This document shows positions 24,651 through 37,300 of a stretch of DNA of 64,000 nt, piece after piece. Source of the stretch: Cyanophora paradoxa CCMP329 (Eukaryota; Plantae; Glaucophyta); NCBI GenBank assembly GCA_004431415.1, contig QPMI01000484.1, forward strand, positions 62,001-126,000, read 5' to 3'. The position numbers and the translations under genes are program-made. The notes below the pieces were generated by a model. It was not told the origin of the DNA. It did no database searches and saw nothing but the letters and a program-made list of their open reading frames with translations. The stretch's first letter is position 1; every line of letters begins with the position of its first letter.

Positions 24651-27600
24651 ATGGCGGACTCACAGGAGCATGCAACGGCGGCGGGCGCCAATGCCATGGC
24701 CGCACTGCTCGGGCTTGACATGGCGCCGCCGCGGAGGCTCTCCAACGCTGGGCTTCACGGTCTGGGCACCGGCCGGCGCGGAAGCAACGATGTCGCTACC
24801 AGCCCGGAACGCAGGAACAGCAACGCGTTGGCTGAGCCCAGGCACGAGAGCGGGGACTTCCGGACCCCGAGCTCAGAGCTCCTGCGCCGGAGCAGCAGCG
24901 GCGGCGGCGGCGCGGACCGGCGGGGCAGCGGGGTCGACCAGCGGCCGCGGAGGGACAGCTCCGTGAGCCCAGCGCCGCCGGGCAGGGCGGAGCCGGCGGC
25001 CGCGATTCCGGCACCGGCTTCGGGCCCCTTGCAGCCGATCCGGCCCTCCTCGATTCCCCTAGCTCGGCACGGGGACAGCGGCGAGGACCCGAGCAACGAT
25101 CGCCGGCGGCTTCGGCGCAGCGAGTCGGGGCAGGCGCCCAGCAGGACGCGGTTGGCATCTTCCGGCAGCTGGCGGGCCGAGGAGGGTCCCGCCGCGGTGC
25201 CCGAGGCCCCGCCGGGGGCCTCGCAGGCCGTCGTCGTGCAGCCGCTCTCGAGCGGGGCGGCCTCGAGCGGCGATTCCTCGGGCAGCCCGCGCGGCCTGGC
25301 CGCCGCCGTGCGACCCTCGCGGACGGCCCGAGTGGCGCCGCTGCCGCTCGGGCGCGCTCGGGAGGACACTCGGGACGGCGGCGGCGGGGCGAAGACGGGG
25401 CGGTCCGTCAGCAGCTCGACGGGGCGCATGCGCATGCCGACGCCGACGGGAGACCGCGCCACCCCCGACACCGGAACGCCGGGGGGACCCGGCCCCCGGG
25501 CCGCGCGGCGCATCCCGACCAACTCGCAGCTGCCGCTCACCTTCCGCATGCTGTCCCCCGGCGACTCCGACGGCGAAGACACCGACGAGGAGGCGGCGGC
25601 GGCGGCGGCGGCGGCCGGCCCGCGGCAGTCCCGCAACAACGCCTCGCAGAGCGACGCCGGGTCCCAATCGGGAGTCGGGGAGAAGCGGTCGAGCTCGGGC
25701 GCGGCGCGGCGGGTGCGGCGGGGCCTCCGGACGTGCAGCGCCCCGTTCCGCGCCCTATGGAGCAAGTACCTCGACATCAACGTGAGGAAGAAGCAGGTGC
25801 GGGCGGGACGGCGGGGCGGGGCGGCCCCCTCCGCTCTTAAGAAAGAAGGATACCTTTTAGCTAAAGCTTAAGGATACCTCTTAGCTCTGAGCTTAGCGGA
25901 AGGAGCAGGTGGGTTCCGCCCAAGCAAGAGCACCGCCTAGAGACTGCCGCCCGCCCCCGCCCCGCCGCCCCCGCCCGCCCCCCCGCTCGCTCGCTCACCG
26001 TGGGACGTACGCCCCCCGCCCCGCCCCGCCCCGCGCAGATTATCGCCCTGATCCTGTGCGAGTTCATCTCCGTCTCCGTCCTCATCTCCAGTGCGCCGCG
26101 CTTCGTCTGGTCTAGTCCAGTCCAGTCTAGCCTCGCCTCGCCTCTCTGCCTCTCCGCCTCGCCTCACCGACCGCCCGCCCTCGCGCAGTCCACGTCGGGC
26201 TTCTCGTGGCGGCCTCGCGCAACGACCTGGAGGCCATGGCGAGCAGCGGTGCGCGGGGCCGGACCGAGCTGCGCGGGGCCGGGTCGAGCCGGGCCGGGCC
26301 GGGCCGGGCGGCTGGGCCGGGCCTAGCTTAGTTAGCTTAGTTGCCCCCCCCCCCCCCCCCCCCCCCCCCCGCCCCGCTCCCTCCCCTCCCCCCCCTCCTC
26401 CTCCTCCCCCCGCCCCCCTGTCCCGCGCCCCTTATCAATCGCGGCCGAGATTAGCCGAGCGCCGCGCGCCCCTTGGAAGCGCCCGAGGCAGCAACAGGGC
26501 CTCTCGTCTAACCCCAACTTCCCCCCCTCCCCTCCCCCTCCCCCCCCCTTCAACTTCTTAGCGACCACAACTTCGCTGAGAGAGCGCGCGAGCGCGCCCC
26601 TCTTACGAACCTCGCGACCGCAGAGGTAATCACGGCGGAGCTGGTGTACGGCCAGAAGCTGGCCGAGCTCAGCGCCGCATTCAGGTGCGGCTCTTTCGTA
26701 AGGACGCCAAGACGCCCCTTAATGAGAGTCCAAGACGCCAAGCCAGTCTCTTGTTATTATCATCATTATAAGCTTCTAGAAGCCAAGCCTTCTAGGGTCT
26801 AGTCCATTCCAGTCTGGCCTAGCCTAGCCTAGCCTCGCGCCGCGCGGCATGGCCGACCCCCACAGCCTCCGCTGAGCGCCGCTTCTACAGCGGCCCAAAT
26901 CTAGCAGGCTCATAAGAGATCGAATGATTCGCTACGCTCATAGAGATCATAAAAGAGGCCATAAATCTGCGCTTGCCCGACGCCCTCCAGTAGCGGCGCC
27001 CCCGCCTCCGCCCATCCATAGCGAACCGTGGGGCCGGAGGCCTCAACCCCCCCGGAGAAATCTGCGCTCGCTCGCTCGCTTGCTTGCTCCGCCAGTAATT
27101 TGATCCGGGCCTTCGCTCGCAGCGGGCTGGCCGAGAACGTCAACGTGCTCCGGGCCATCGAGGCGTACTACGCGGGGGGCGGGGAGGGCCAGGCGCTGCT
27201 GGAGGCGGCGAGCAAGGCCCGCGCGGCGCTGCAGACCGAGGCCATCCGCTCCAAGATCGAATACGCGACGTGCGTCTTTGGTCTCGTCGATCTTAACCAA
27301 GCCATCCAACGAGGCTTCTTCTTCTAACGATGTTTCTAACTAGCGTACGAACTAACGAGTTCCTATCTAAGCCTCTTGTTCTAAGCCTCTTCTAGCCAAC
27401 CTTGGCTCCGGCTCCGGCTCCGGTGCTCTTAGCGTTCGGAGCGCGCAGGCTGGTGGCGGAGCGGGACCACCAGGTGATCGCGGGGGCGAACAAGAACCGG
27501 GTGGGGGAGCGCAAGTTCGACCTCGGCGGCCTCGTCGAACGCGCCATGCGCACCAACACGCAGGCGCGTTGACGCGCATACGCGTTCTCTAGAAGCTGGC

Positions 27601-28752
27601 TGTAGATGTCTCCTTGCTTCTAGCTTCTAGCTTCCCTCTTCATTCTCCCTCTCCCCCTACTCTCCGCCTCCTCTAACCTCCAGCCTCCTCCAGGTGCGGG
27701 GCACGGTGCTGGTGGGGCGGGCCGAGGTCGAGATCCAGGAGGGGATCATCCACCTCCAGTCCGCCCCGGACGGGCAGTACCTCGTCCGCGTCGTCGTCAC
27801 CCCGGTGCTTGATTCCCTCCTTCCACACTTCCCTCGAGTAGTAGTACTCGACCTATTTAGAAGATCGAAGCTGGATCGAAGCTCTAGTTAGAAGTGCGAC
27901 TGCAACTCCTATCAACTCTCATTTTCTTCGAGCTGATCGGCTTTCTAGACCAACTCACCGCTTTGTGCTTCTGACTTATCTAACCTCGCCTCGGCAGGTG
28001 TACCTCGTGGGCACCGTGGACACGAACGGGCGGCCCTCGGCCGTGCTGGTGGCGGGGGACATCGTCAACGGGAAGAGCGCCGTCGTCTGGCCCACCATGA
28101 TGGCGTTCAAGGCGGGGTACGCGCGCTTTCGCTTTCCCCGTCGGCCAAGATAGATAGATGGCCCATGATAGGCCCGCGGTGTTCTTATATATCTTTTGCG
28201 CGCGCAGCTACGTCGCTGTGTACCAGCAGGGACGCGACTCGGGGCGGGGCCTCCTCTCCTGCTCCCTATTCACGCCGGCACCCCAGCGTGCGAATTTCAA
28301 ATTTCAAATTTCCGAACGTTCAAAGTTCGAATTTTGTTTCGCAGGCTCCGTGACGGACAACCTGGACTTCGGCAACCCGAAGGGGTACGACCTCCTGGCG
28401 GACGCGCTGGCCGACCCGAACGCCGTACCCACCATCCGGTTCGACGTCAACGGCCACACCATGACCGTCGCCGCCAAGGTGCTGCCCATTGCGTACTTGG
28501 CTCTCTGTTTGCTAGCTGGATAGCTTGTTTATGTTGCCTTTTAGGCTAGATTCCCCTTCTTAGAGGAGCTAGCCGTTCGTTCTTCCGCTTCCCTGACGCT
28601 TTCTTTCTTCCGCCTCTTCAGGTCATCAAGGACGAGTCGAGCGGGCGGCCTGTGGGGTTCCTCGTCCGCGGCACGACGCACGCGAAAGCCAACGGTACCC
28701 CCCTATCTATCTATCTATCTATCGATCTATCTATCTATCTATCTATCTATCG

Positions 28753-28801
<49 letters not shown>

Positions 28802-31800
28802 CGTATCTATCGATCTATCTGTCTATCTATCTAACCGACCAAATCGAATCATCAGAGGTGCTGCGGGACACGCTCGTGATATCGCTCTCGGTCGTGGCGC
28901 CCATCCTCCTCATCAACTGGACGCTGGCGCTGTGGATGGGCAAGGCGATCTCGGACCCGCTGGCCTCGCTGCACCACACGGTGGAGCGGTTCTTCTCGGA
29001 GGACGTGGAGGGCGGCGGCGGCGGTGGAGGAGGCGCAGGAGCAGCTCAGAACGCTCAGAACGGCGGCGCCTCGGCTCCTCCGACGGCGAACAACAACAAC
29101 AAGCGGCACCCGTCGCTGAGGGCGACGATAAGGCAGAAGGACGAGGTGGGGAAGCTGGCGCGTGCCTTCCTTCAGATGGGCAAGCGCGTCAGCCAGGTCC
29201 GTCATCCAGGCAGGAGGGACGGTTAGATTCGATAAAGAGCACCGAGTGCATCATAAAGAGCACCGCCTTTCCTTAGAGTTAGGGTCCGTCCGTGCCAGCG
29301 CGCGCCGCGCGCTCTCCCCGGGACAGCTAGACTATAGGAGACACCGCCCGCCTCCGCTGCCTTTCCGTGCGCTGCATGCCTCCTGCAGGCTTGGGCCGCT
29401 AGCGTTCCTCCCTCGCACACCCTCGAGCGGCGCCCCCCTCTGACCCCCCCGACCTTCCCCGTCTTTGCCCTGGCGAACAGGCGTACCTGCGGGTGGAGGA
29501 GGCGCGCCTGAAGGCGAACGCGGAGGAGCACCGCACGCGCCAGATCATGGACACCGTGCGCGCACCCCAGCCCGCCCCAGCCCGCCCCGCCCCGCCCCCG
29601 CCCCCGCCCACCCCCGCCCCGCCCCGCCCCGCCCCGCCCCCGTTCCCGCCCCCGCCCCGCGCGCCCTCCGACGACCCCCCGGCCCCAGGCGAACGATGCG
29701 ATCTTCCTCATCGACGCCCGCTGCACCGTGCGCGATCCCAGTTCCTTCTTCTCGTCCGATCCGCCCCCTAACTAGAGCTCCGCCAGGTGGTGACGCTGAA
29801 CCGGCGGGCGGAATCGATGTTCCAGTACCCCGCCGGCGAGCTCGTGGGCCGCAACATCAACCAGGTCCGTCCCCCCGCCCCCCCGCCCCCCCGCCCCCCC
29901 GCCCGTCCGCCCGCCCGCCCGCCCGCCCGCCCGCCCGTCTGTCCGGGGGAGGGGGCGCCCCTCCTGTAAATATATCCTTCCTTTTCTTGCCCCTAGCTTC
30001 CGTCGCTCGTTCTAGCTTCTGTATGGGTAGAACGGCCCTCGGGCCCTTACTTACTCACGCCGGAGGCAGCGTTCCCCCCTGTAAACCAAATAAATACTTC
30101 CTTGCTTTTAGCTTCCTAGAAGCTTCCGTCTCTCCTAGAAGGGCCGTCTCTCTTAGAAGCTTCTGGCTTCCGTCTCTCCTTAGAGTGGCCCTGGTGCCCT
30201 TGCTCACTCACGCTGGGCGTGCAGATCATGCCCGAGGACACCGCCGAAGTCCACGACATCTACGTGCAGGTGCGGGCGGGCGGGAGGGCCGGCGGGCGGG
30301 AGGGCGGGCGCGGGGCTAGGAGGCGGCCAGCTTAGTTAGAGATAGAGAGAGAGAAGGGAAGAAGGGGCCTAGCCCGCACGACATCTACGTGCAGGTGCGG
30401 GCGGGCGCGGGGCTAGGAAGCGGCCAGCCGAGGCGCTCGGGGCTACGAGCCCATGCCCTCCGCGGCCCGCCCTCTCCTCGCCCATCACCTCACCTTCGTT
30501 CGCCTCGCAGCGGTACCTGAAGACGGGCCAGGGGCGGATAATCGGGAACATCCGCACGGAGTACGCCCTCCGCAAGGACGGCTTTGTCTTCCCTATCGAG
30601 CTCTGTGCGCACCGCCCCCGCCCGATCTCGCCCGCCCCCGCCCCACCCTGCCCCGCTTTCCGCTAGAAACTCGATAGAATCTAGGATAACCTTCCCCATC
30701 GGGATCTGTCCGCACCGCCCCCGCCCCTGCCCCGCCCGCTCTGCCTGCTACGCCCTCTCCGCTCGAAACTAGATAAAATCTAGGTAAACCCATCGAGCTC
30801 TGTCCGCACCGCCCCCGCCCGATCTCGCCCGATGTCGTCGCCCCGCCCGCCCGAAACTGGAGTACAGACGTTAACTTAGCTCCACGCGCTAGATAGAATC
30901 TAGGTGACCGTTCCTTCCCCATCCAGCTCTGTCCGCACCGGCCCCGCCCGCCCCCGCCCGATGTTGTCGCCCTGCCCGCACCGGCCCTGCTGCCACGCCC
31001 GCCCTCTCCGCCCGCTCGAAACTAGAGTGTACAGACGTTAGCCTAGCTCCACGTGACGGGCTAGCTCGCCGCCCACTGGATCGAGTGCACCGCGCGCGGC
31101 TCGATATCCTACCCGCTTTATGAATGTAATCCTTTACACGTCCGCAGCGATCAGCGAGATGGTGATCGCCGGGAACACCTTCTTCGTCGGCATGTGCGCC
31201 CTCCTCCTCCTCCTCCTCCTTCTTCTTCTTATAGGAGTCGTTTCCGAGCTTCTAAGGAGCTTCTAAGAGCTTTTTTCATACATCAAGCTTCTATCTACAT
31301 CTAGAAGCTGCCCCGCCCCCGCCCCGCCCCCGCCCCGACCGGCTTGATCTTAGCTTCTTAGCTTCTTAGCTTCTTAGCTTCTCGATCGCGCCCCCCCCCC
31401 CGCCCCCCCCCCCCCCCCCCCCACCCCACCCCCCCACCCCCCCCCTCTCGGCCCGCGCCCCCCCGGCCCCCGGCCCCCGCACCGCGAAGAAGACCGGCTT
31501 GATCTTAGCTTCTTCGCTTTGCCCCCGCCCCGCCCCGTACCGTCGATATCTGTGGGATGCCGAATAACCCAGCGGCCGCTCCGCCCCGCTCCGCCCCGCC
31601 CCGCCCCGCCCCCCCCCCCCCCCCCTTCCCCCGCCCCGCCCCGCCCCGCCCCTCCTCGGTCTTCGCCCCTGATCCTAGCCCCCTTCGTTCGCAGGATCCG
31701 GGACATCACGCAGCGGCGGGAAATGGAGGAGGAGCTCGAGCGGGAGCGGCACCGCACCGAGGCCCTCCTCGCCAACATGCTCCCCGCGGGGTCCGCCCTC

Positions 31801-34284
31801 CCCGTCTCTATCATGTATATATATGTCAGAGGCTATTTAGATCATGTAAACATCTCCTATCATGTATATCTATTTTAGAGGCCCCGACCCGGCCCGCCCG
31901 CTCCATATATCGCTTAGAGGCCCTCCTCGCCAATATGCTCCCCCCCCCCCCCCCCCCCCCCCCCCCGAGGCCCTTCCCAGCCCCGGCCCCCCGCTCTATC
32001 TACTTTTTATCTTTTATGCTATCCCATGCCAACATGCTATCTATCTGGGCTATCTATCTGGCCTGTCTATCACCTTAAATCATCCCCCCATCCCCCCCCC
32101 TCCCCCCATCCCACCGCCCCCCCCCCCCCACCCCACCCCCCTCACCCTCTCTCCTCCTATCTATCTGGCCTATCTATCATCTACTAGTATCACCTCTCAT
32201 TTATCTATCTGGCCTATCTATCACCCCCCTCCCCCCCCTTCCCCCTTCCCCCCCCGCCCTCCCCCCGCTCCCCACCCCACCCCACCCCCTCACCCTCTCT
32301 CCTGCTCTCGTTCGCAGGGTGGCGCAGCGTCTCAAGGAGATGCAGGACGCGGCGCTGGGGGAGGCGTTGAAGGGCGAGCGCGACCCCTGGGGCTCCGGCC
32401 TCCCCGCGCCCCCCAGGTCCGTCGACGCTAAAAATAGCTCTAAGCTCCGAACCGTTGGGGATAGCTTGGGCCGCCAGTCCGTCTTAGCTGGGGCTAGCTA
32501 GTGCTCAAGGGGGAGCGCTATCCTTGGGGCTCCGGCCTCCCCGCGCCCCCCAGGTCCGATCTGACCCGTCTGATCTGATCCGTCCCCCCTCCCGTCCGTC
32601 AACGCCAAAAATAGCTCCAAGTCTTGAGTTTCGGACAAAGTCCGCCCATCCGTCTCAGCCGGCGTCAGCTAGCTAGCTAGTCCACCCCTTCCCTCCCTCG
32701 TTTTGCCCAGCCCAGCTGCCCAGCTCTCTTGGGTCCTCCCGCCCACCCGATCGCACACTCGCGTTAGAACCTTTCACGGGACGCCCGGCCAACCTCCTTC
32801 TTCTCCTCCTTACTTCTACCCTCCTCTAACCTATCTAACCTACCCTAACCTCCACCCTAACCTCTTCCCGCTCGCTCGCCCGCCGCGCAGCGCGCCGCCC
32901 GTGATCGCGGCCTCGATGCTCTCGGGGCGGGGCGGCTCCCGCGGCGCCGTCAAGGGCGCCCTCGCCGACCGCGTCGAGAACGTCTCCGTCATGTGCGCCC
33001 TTTCTTCTTAAAGAAACGTGACTTCTCTAAGATCTTAGCTTATAATGTTATATTATACTCCTTGTTGCTAGATCGTCATCTCCGCGCCGCGCCCTTTTCT
33101 TTCTTCTTCCCTCTTGCAGGCATCCCAGGGCCCTAGCTAGCCCTTGCTTGCAATGACCCCGTACCGTGTCTGACCCCGTACCCCGCCAGGTTCGCGGACA
33201 TCGTGAACTTCACGCCGCTGGCCGGCTCTATGGACGCCGCCGACCTCGTCGGCATGCTGAACAGTGCGCGCGCCCGCCTCTGATTAGATTAGATTCGATC
33301 TTAGAGCTTGATTTAAAGCGCGCGCGCGCCTTCGATTCGATGCGATTGCGTCTCTCTTAAATTTGATCGCGTTCCGGGGGTACAGACATCTTCTCCGAGT
33401 TCGATTCCCTGGCGGAGAAATACGGCCTGGAGAAGATCAAGACGCTGGGCGACGCCTTCATGTGCGCCGGCGGCGTACCCCCCGAGAAGAGCGACAACCT
33501 CAGGGGCACCTACCACGTCGAGCGCATGGCGGTGCCCCTCCCCCCCCCCTTTTTCCTTCGCCCCTGTACCCCCCGATCGATCCTGTACCCCCCAGATGAT
33601 GGCCTTAGAGATGCACGAGGTGATCACGAAGTACAAGACATTCGACGGGCGCCCCTTCCGCATCCGAATCGGCATGCACCTGGGTACTGTCATCGCCGGC
33701 GTCATCGGAAAGAAGAAATTCCTGTACGATCTCTGGTGCGAACGAAGCGAAGCGGATCGAATGTTCTCGGATTCGATCCGGATCGAATGTTTTCGGCGCA
33801 GGGGCGACACGGTGAACATCGCGTCTCGCATGGAGAGCAGCGGGCTCCCAGGAGCCTCCCAGGTCTCCGCCGAAGTCTACGCGATGCTCCGCTACAAGTT
33901 CGCGTTCGAGGTCCGTACCCGTACCCCCCTTCCCGTCTCCTCTCCTCTCCTCTGCCAGCAATCCCGTCTGTTTGTTCTCACCGGATCGCTGTCGCGGTAG
34001 GACCGAGGCCGGATCCACGTGAAGGGCAAGGGCGACATGCACACCTACTTCCTCTTGAGGCCCCTGCAGGTCCGTCCGAGCTTTTTTAAGCTTAAGAAAG
34101 CATTTCTAAATAACTTAAGCTAAGAGCCACGTGTTACTTAAGCTAAGAGCAACGGTGAAGCTAACGCGTCGCACCTTTTTGCGCGCCCCTCTCCTCTCCC
34201 CCGCCGCTGCCGGCTTGACCCGCCCGGGCCCGCGCGTGCGCAGGCCCCGAAGCCGACGGCGGGACCCGCCTCCGCCTCGGTCAT

Positions 34285-34318
<34 letters not shown>

Positions 34319-37300
34319 CGCGAGCCGGCGGCGCTCGCGCTCGCTGTGGGCGCGCCCCTCTCCAAGTCGAAGCTCCCGCCCCTCGTCGTCTCCGGCGCCG
34401 GCGGTGGCCCCGCCTCCTCCTCCCCCCCGGCGGGGGCGCCGGGTCAGGACGGGATGGCCTCGCTCGTCCCCTCCGCGCCCCTCCCGCCCCTTCTTCGCCT
34501 ACAACACGACCGTGCGCCGCCTCTCCCCACCCCTCGCCCCCCATCTCTGAGTCGCTCCGCAGCGTTCGCGGCGGCTTCGGCGGCGGCGGCGGCGGCGCCC
34601 GCAGCGAACGAGTCGTCCCCGGGGCCCGAACAGGTTCGCTCGCTCGTTTGCCCTCCACTCCGCTCCGCTCTGCTCTGCTCCACGCACCCTCTAGACCTAA
34701 CCTAACCTAACCTAACCTAATCTGATGCAATTTAAGTGAGCCTCTCCAATCTAATACATGGCCCGGCCCAGCGGCGCCGGGCAGAAGGAGGCGGAGTGGG
34801 AGGACCTAATTGGGGATAAAAAGAGGGATAAGAGCAGAGACCCAACCTAAACTAATCAACCTAAGATTCTAAAGAGAGACCAGCCTAAAGAGATTTGATC
34901 CGGTCCGGTCTGATTTGATCCCGAGCAGAAAGAGGCGGAGTGGGAGGACCTAATTGGGGATAAAAAGAGGGATAGAGCAGAGACCAAACCTTAACTTATC
35001 AACCTAAGATTTTAAAGAGAGACCAGTCTAAAGACATAGTCTAAAGAGATTTGATCCGATCCGGTCTGATTTGATCCCGAGCAGAAAGAGGCGGAGTGGG
35101 AGGATACAGCGCGCAACCGCTCTTGGGGCCGCCACCACATTGGCCGCGGCGCCCTCACGCAGGCGGCCCTCTCGCTGCTGCTCCCCGCGCGGCCCGAGGA
35201 GCTCGAGGACGACGCGTACCCCCTCTACACCGTGAGTCACGCGCCCCGCCCCGCCCCGCCCTGCCCCGCCCCGCCCCACCCCACCCCGCCTCGCCCCGCA
35301 TGCCAAGCCTTCGCTGCGATCCGCTAACTAACTAGCCCCTCGATGTATCGCGCCCCTTCTTCCTCCCGCCCACATAGCCCTCCGCCCACATGCCAGGCCT
35401 ACTCTCTTGCTTACTCTCCCGGGCAGGTGCCGCACGGGGCGTACTGCAACCTCTTCCACTGGATGCTGGGGCGCCTCGGCCTCGTCGAGGCCTGCCGCAT
35501 CAAGGAGAAGCACCTCCGGTAACTTCTATCTAGGCTTCTATCTAGGAGAAGCACCTCAGGCCCGCCCCGGCCCCTCCCCGCCCGAAACTAGAGGCCATCC
35601 GCTCCAAGACCTCAATCTTCAGTCTCGTCGATCTTAATTAACCGAGCCCTCGCCCCTCGCCCTCCTCCTCCTCCTTCTTCTGTCCTTCTTCTTCTCATCC
35701 CTAGGTGCTCGATTTAATAAAACAGGATGGTTTTGAATAACTTGGATCGTTAGATTGAATTAATTTCTTGGCAGCCTTCTCATCGTACCCCCCTCCTCAG
35801 GACGTTCGCGGCGGCGGCTCTCTCGGGGTACCGCGCGGGGAACGCCTTCCACAACGCCGCGCACGCCCTCGACGTCGCCCAGATGCTCTTCGCCATGGTC
35901 CGCGACTATAAAACTATGAACTATAAAATATCAACTAGCTATGAACTATGAACTATGAACTAGTACATCCCAATTTGTCTCATTTTTAGTGTCTCTAGGT
36001 CTAGAGTTAGAGATGCTCTTCGCCATGGTCTCTCCGATCTGATCTAATACATACATCTGGCCAGGCTATGAACTCTTGATACATCTAATACATCTAATAC
36101 ATCTAGCTGATACAGCTCTGGCCATACATCTAATAGCTCTGGCCATACATCTAATACATCTAGCTGATAGTAGTAGCTGATATCATCTTGAGTCTAGAGA
36201 TGCTCGTCGCCATGGTCCGCGACCCGCCACTGGCTAGTTAACTATGAACGATAAACTATGAACTATGAACTATAGACTATGGACCAACTATGAACTATGA
36301 ACTAACAACTATGAACAACCTAACGAACCCGAACAACTCCCGCAGACGTGCTCGATGGAGCGGGAGCGGGTGACGCTCGCGCCGCCCGTCCCCATGGAGA
36401 TCACGGGGGGCGACGTCGCCACCTCCGCCGCCGCCAGCAGGTCCGCCTGAGAGAGGGAATCTCAGGGGGCGGCCTTAGAGAGAGCGAAGGGCCTCAGAGG
36501 GAACCTTAGAGGGAACCTTGGAGGGAACCAGCAGGTCCGCCTGCGCCGCCTGAGCCTTAGAGAGAACCTTGGAGCACGGCCTTAGAGAGCGGCCTTACAG
36601 CGCGGCCTTAAGAGCGCGGCCTTAGCGGGCGCGATGGGCCGAGGAGCATCAGTCAGCCTAGTAGCCGATGCGCTTAAGCTTTCTGACGCTGGGAACTCGT
36701 CGCCGGGCAGCGGCGGGGGCGGCGTGGGGATCCGCGCCCGCAGCGGCCGCATGCCCCCGCTCGACCACGTCGACCTCTTCGCCATCCTCGTCGCCGCCCT
36801 CTGCCACGGTACGCTTTGAAGTGATACGATACGATGTGATGTGATGTGATGTGATGTGATGTGATGTGAGCAGACCTCGACCACCCCGGCCTCACGAACC
36901 TCTTCCTCATCAAGTCCAAGGCGCCAATGGCGCTCCTGTACAGCAACAGCAGCCCGCTGGAGCGGCACCACTCGAGCCGCTTCCTCATGCTCCTCGAGCG
37001 GCCCGACCTCGACATCTGCTCGGGGCTGTCCCCCGCGGAGCGCCAGCGCTTCACGCAGTTCGTCGTGGACATCATCCTAGGTATCTAATCTGAAATCTTA
37101 TAGGAGAATCCTCTAATCTAATTTAATCTATCGATCCATCTAATCTAATCTAATCCAATCTAATAAGTATCTTCTAATAGAATCTATCTATCTAATCTAA
37201 TCTAATCTAATCTAATCTATCCATCTCAGCGACGGACATGATGGCGCACGGGGACTATATGGCGGCCTTCGCCCGCCGCTTCCGGGACCTTCCCCCCGAG

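Noticed and set aside
26039-31715. Bacterial contamination as the source of the cyanobacterial/FixL-like domains
   Set aside because: The domains are split by many host-style spliceosomal introns.
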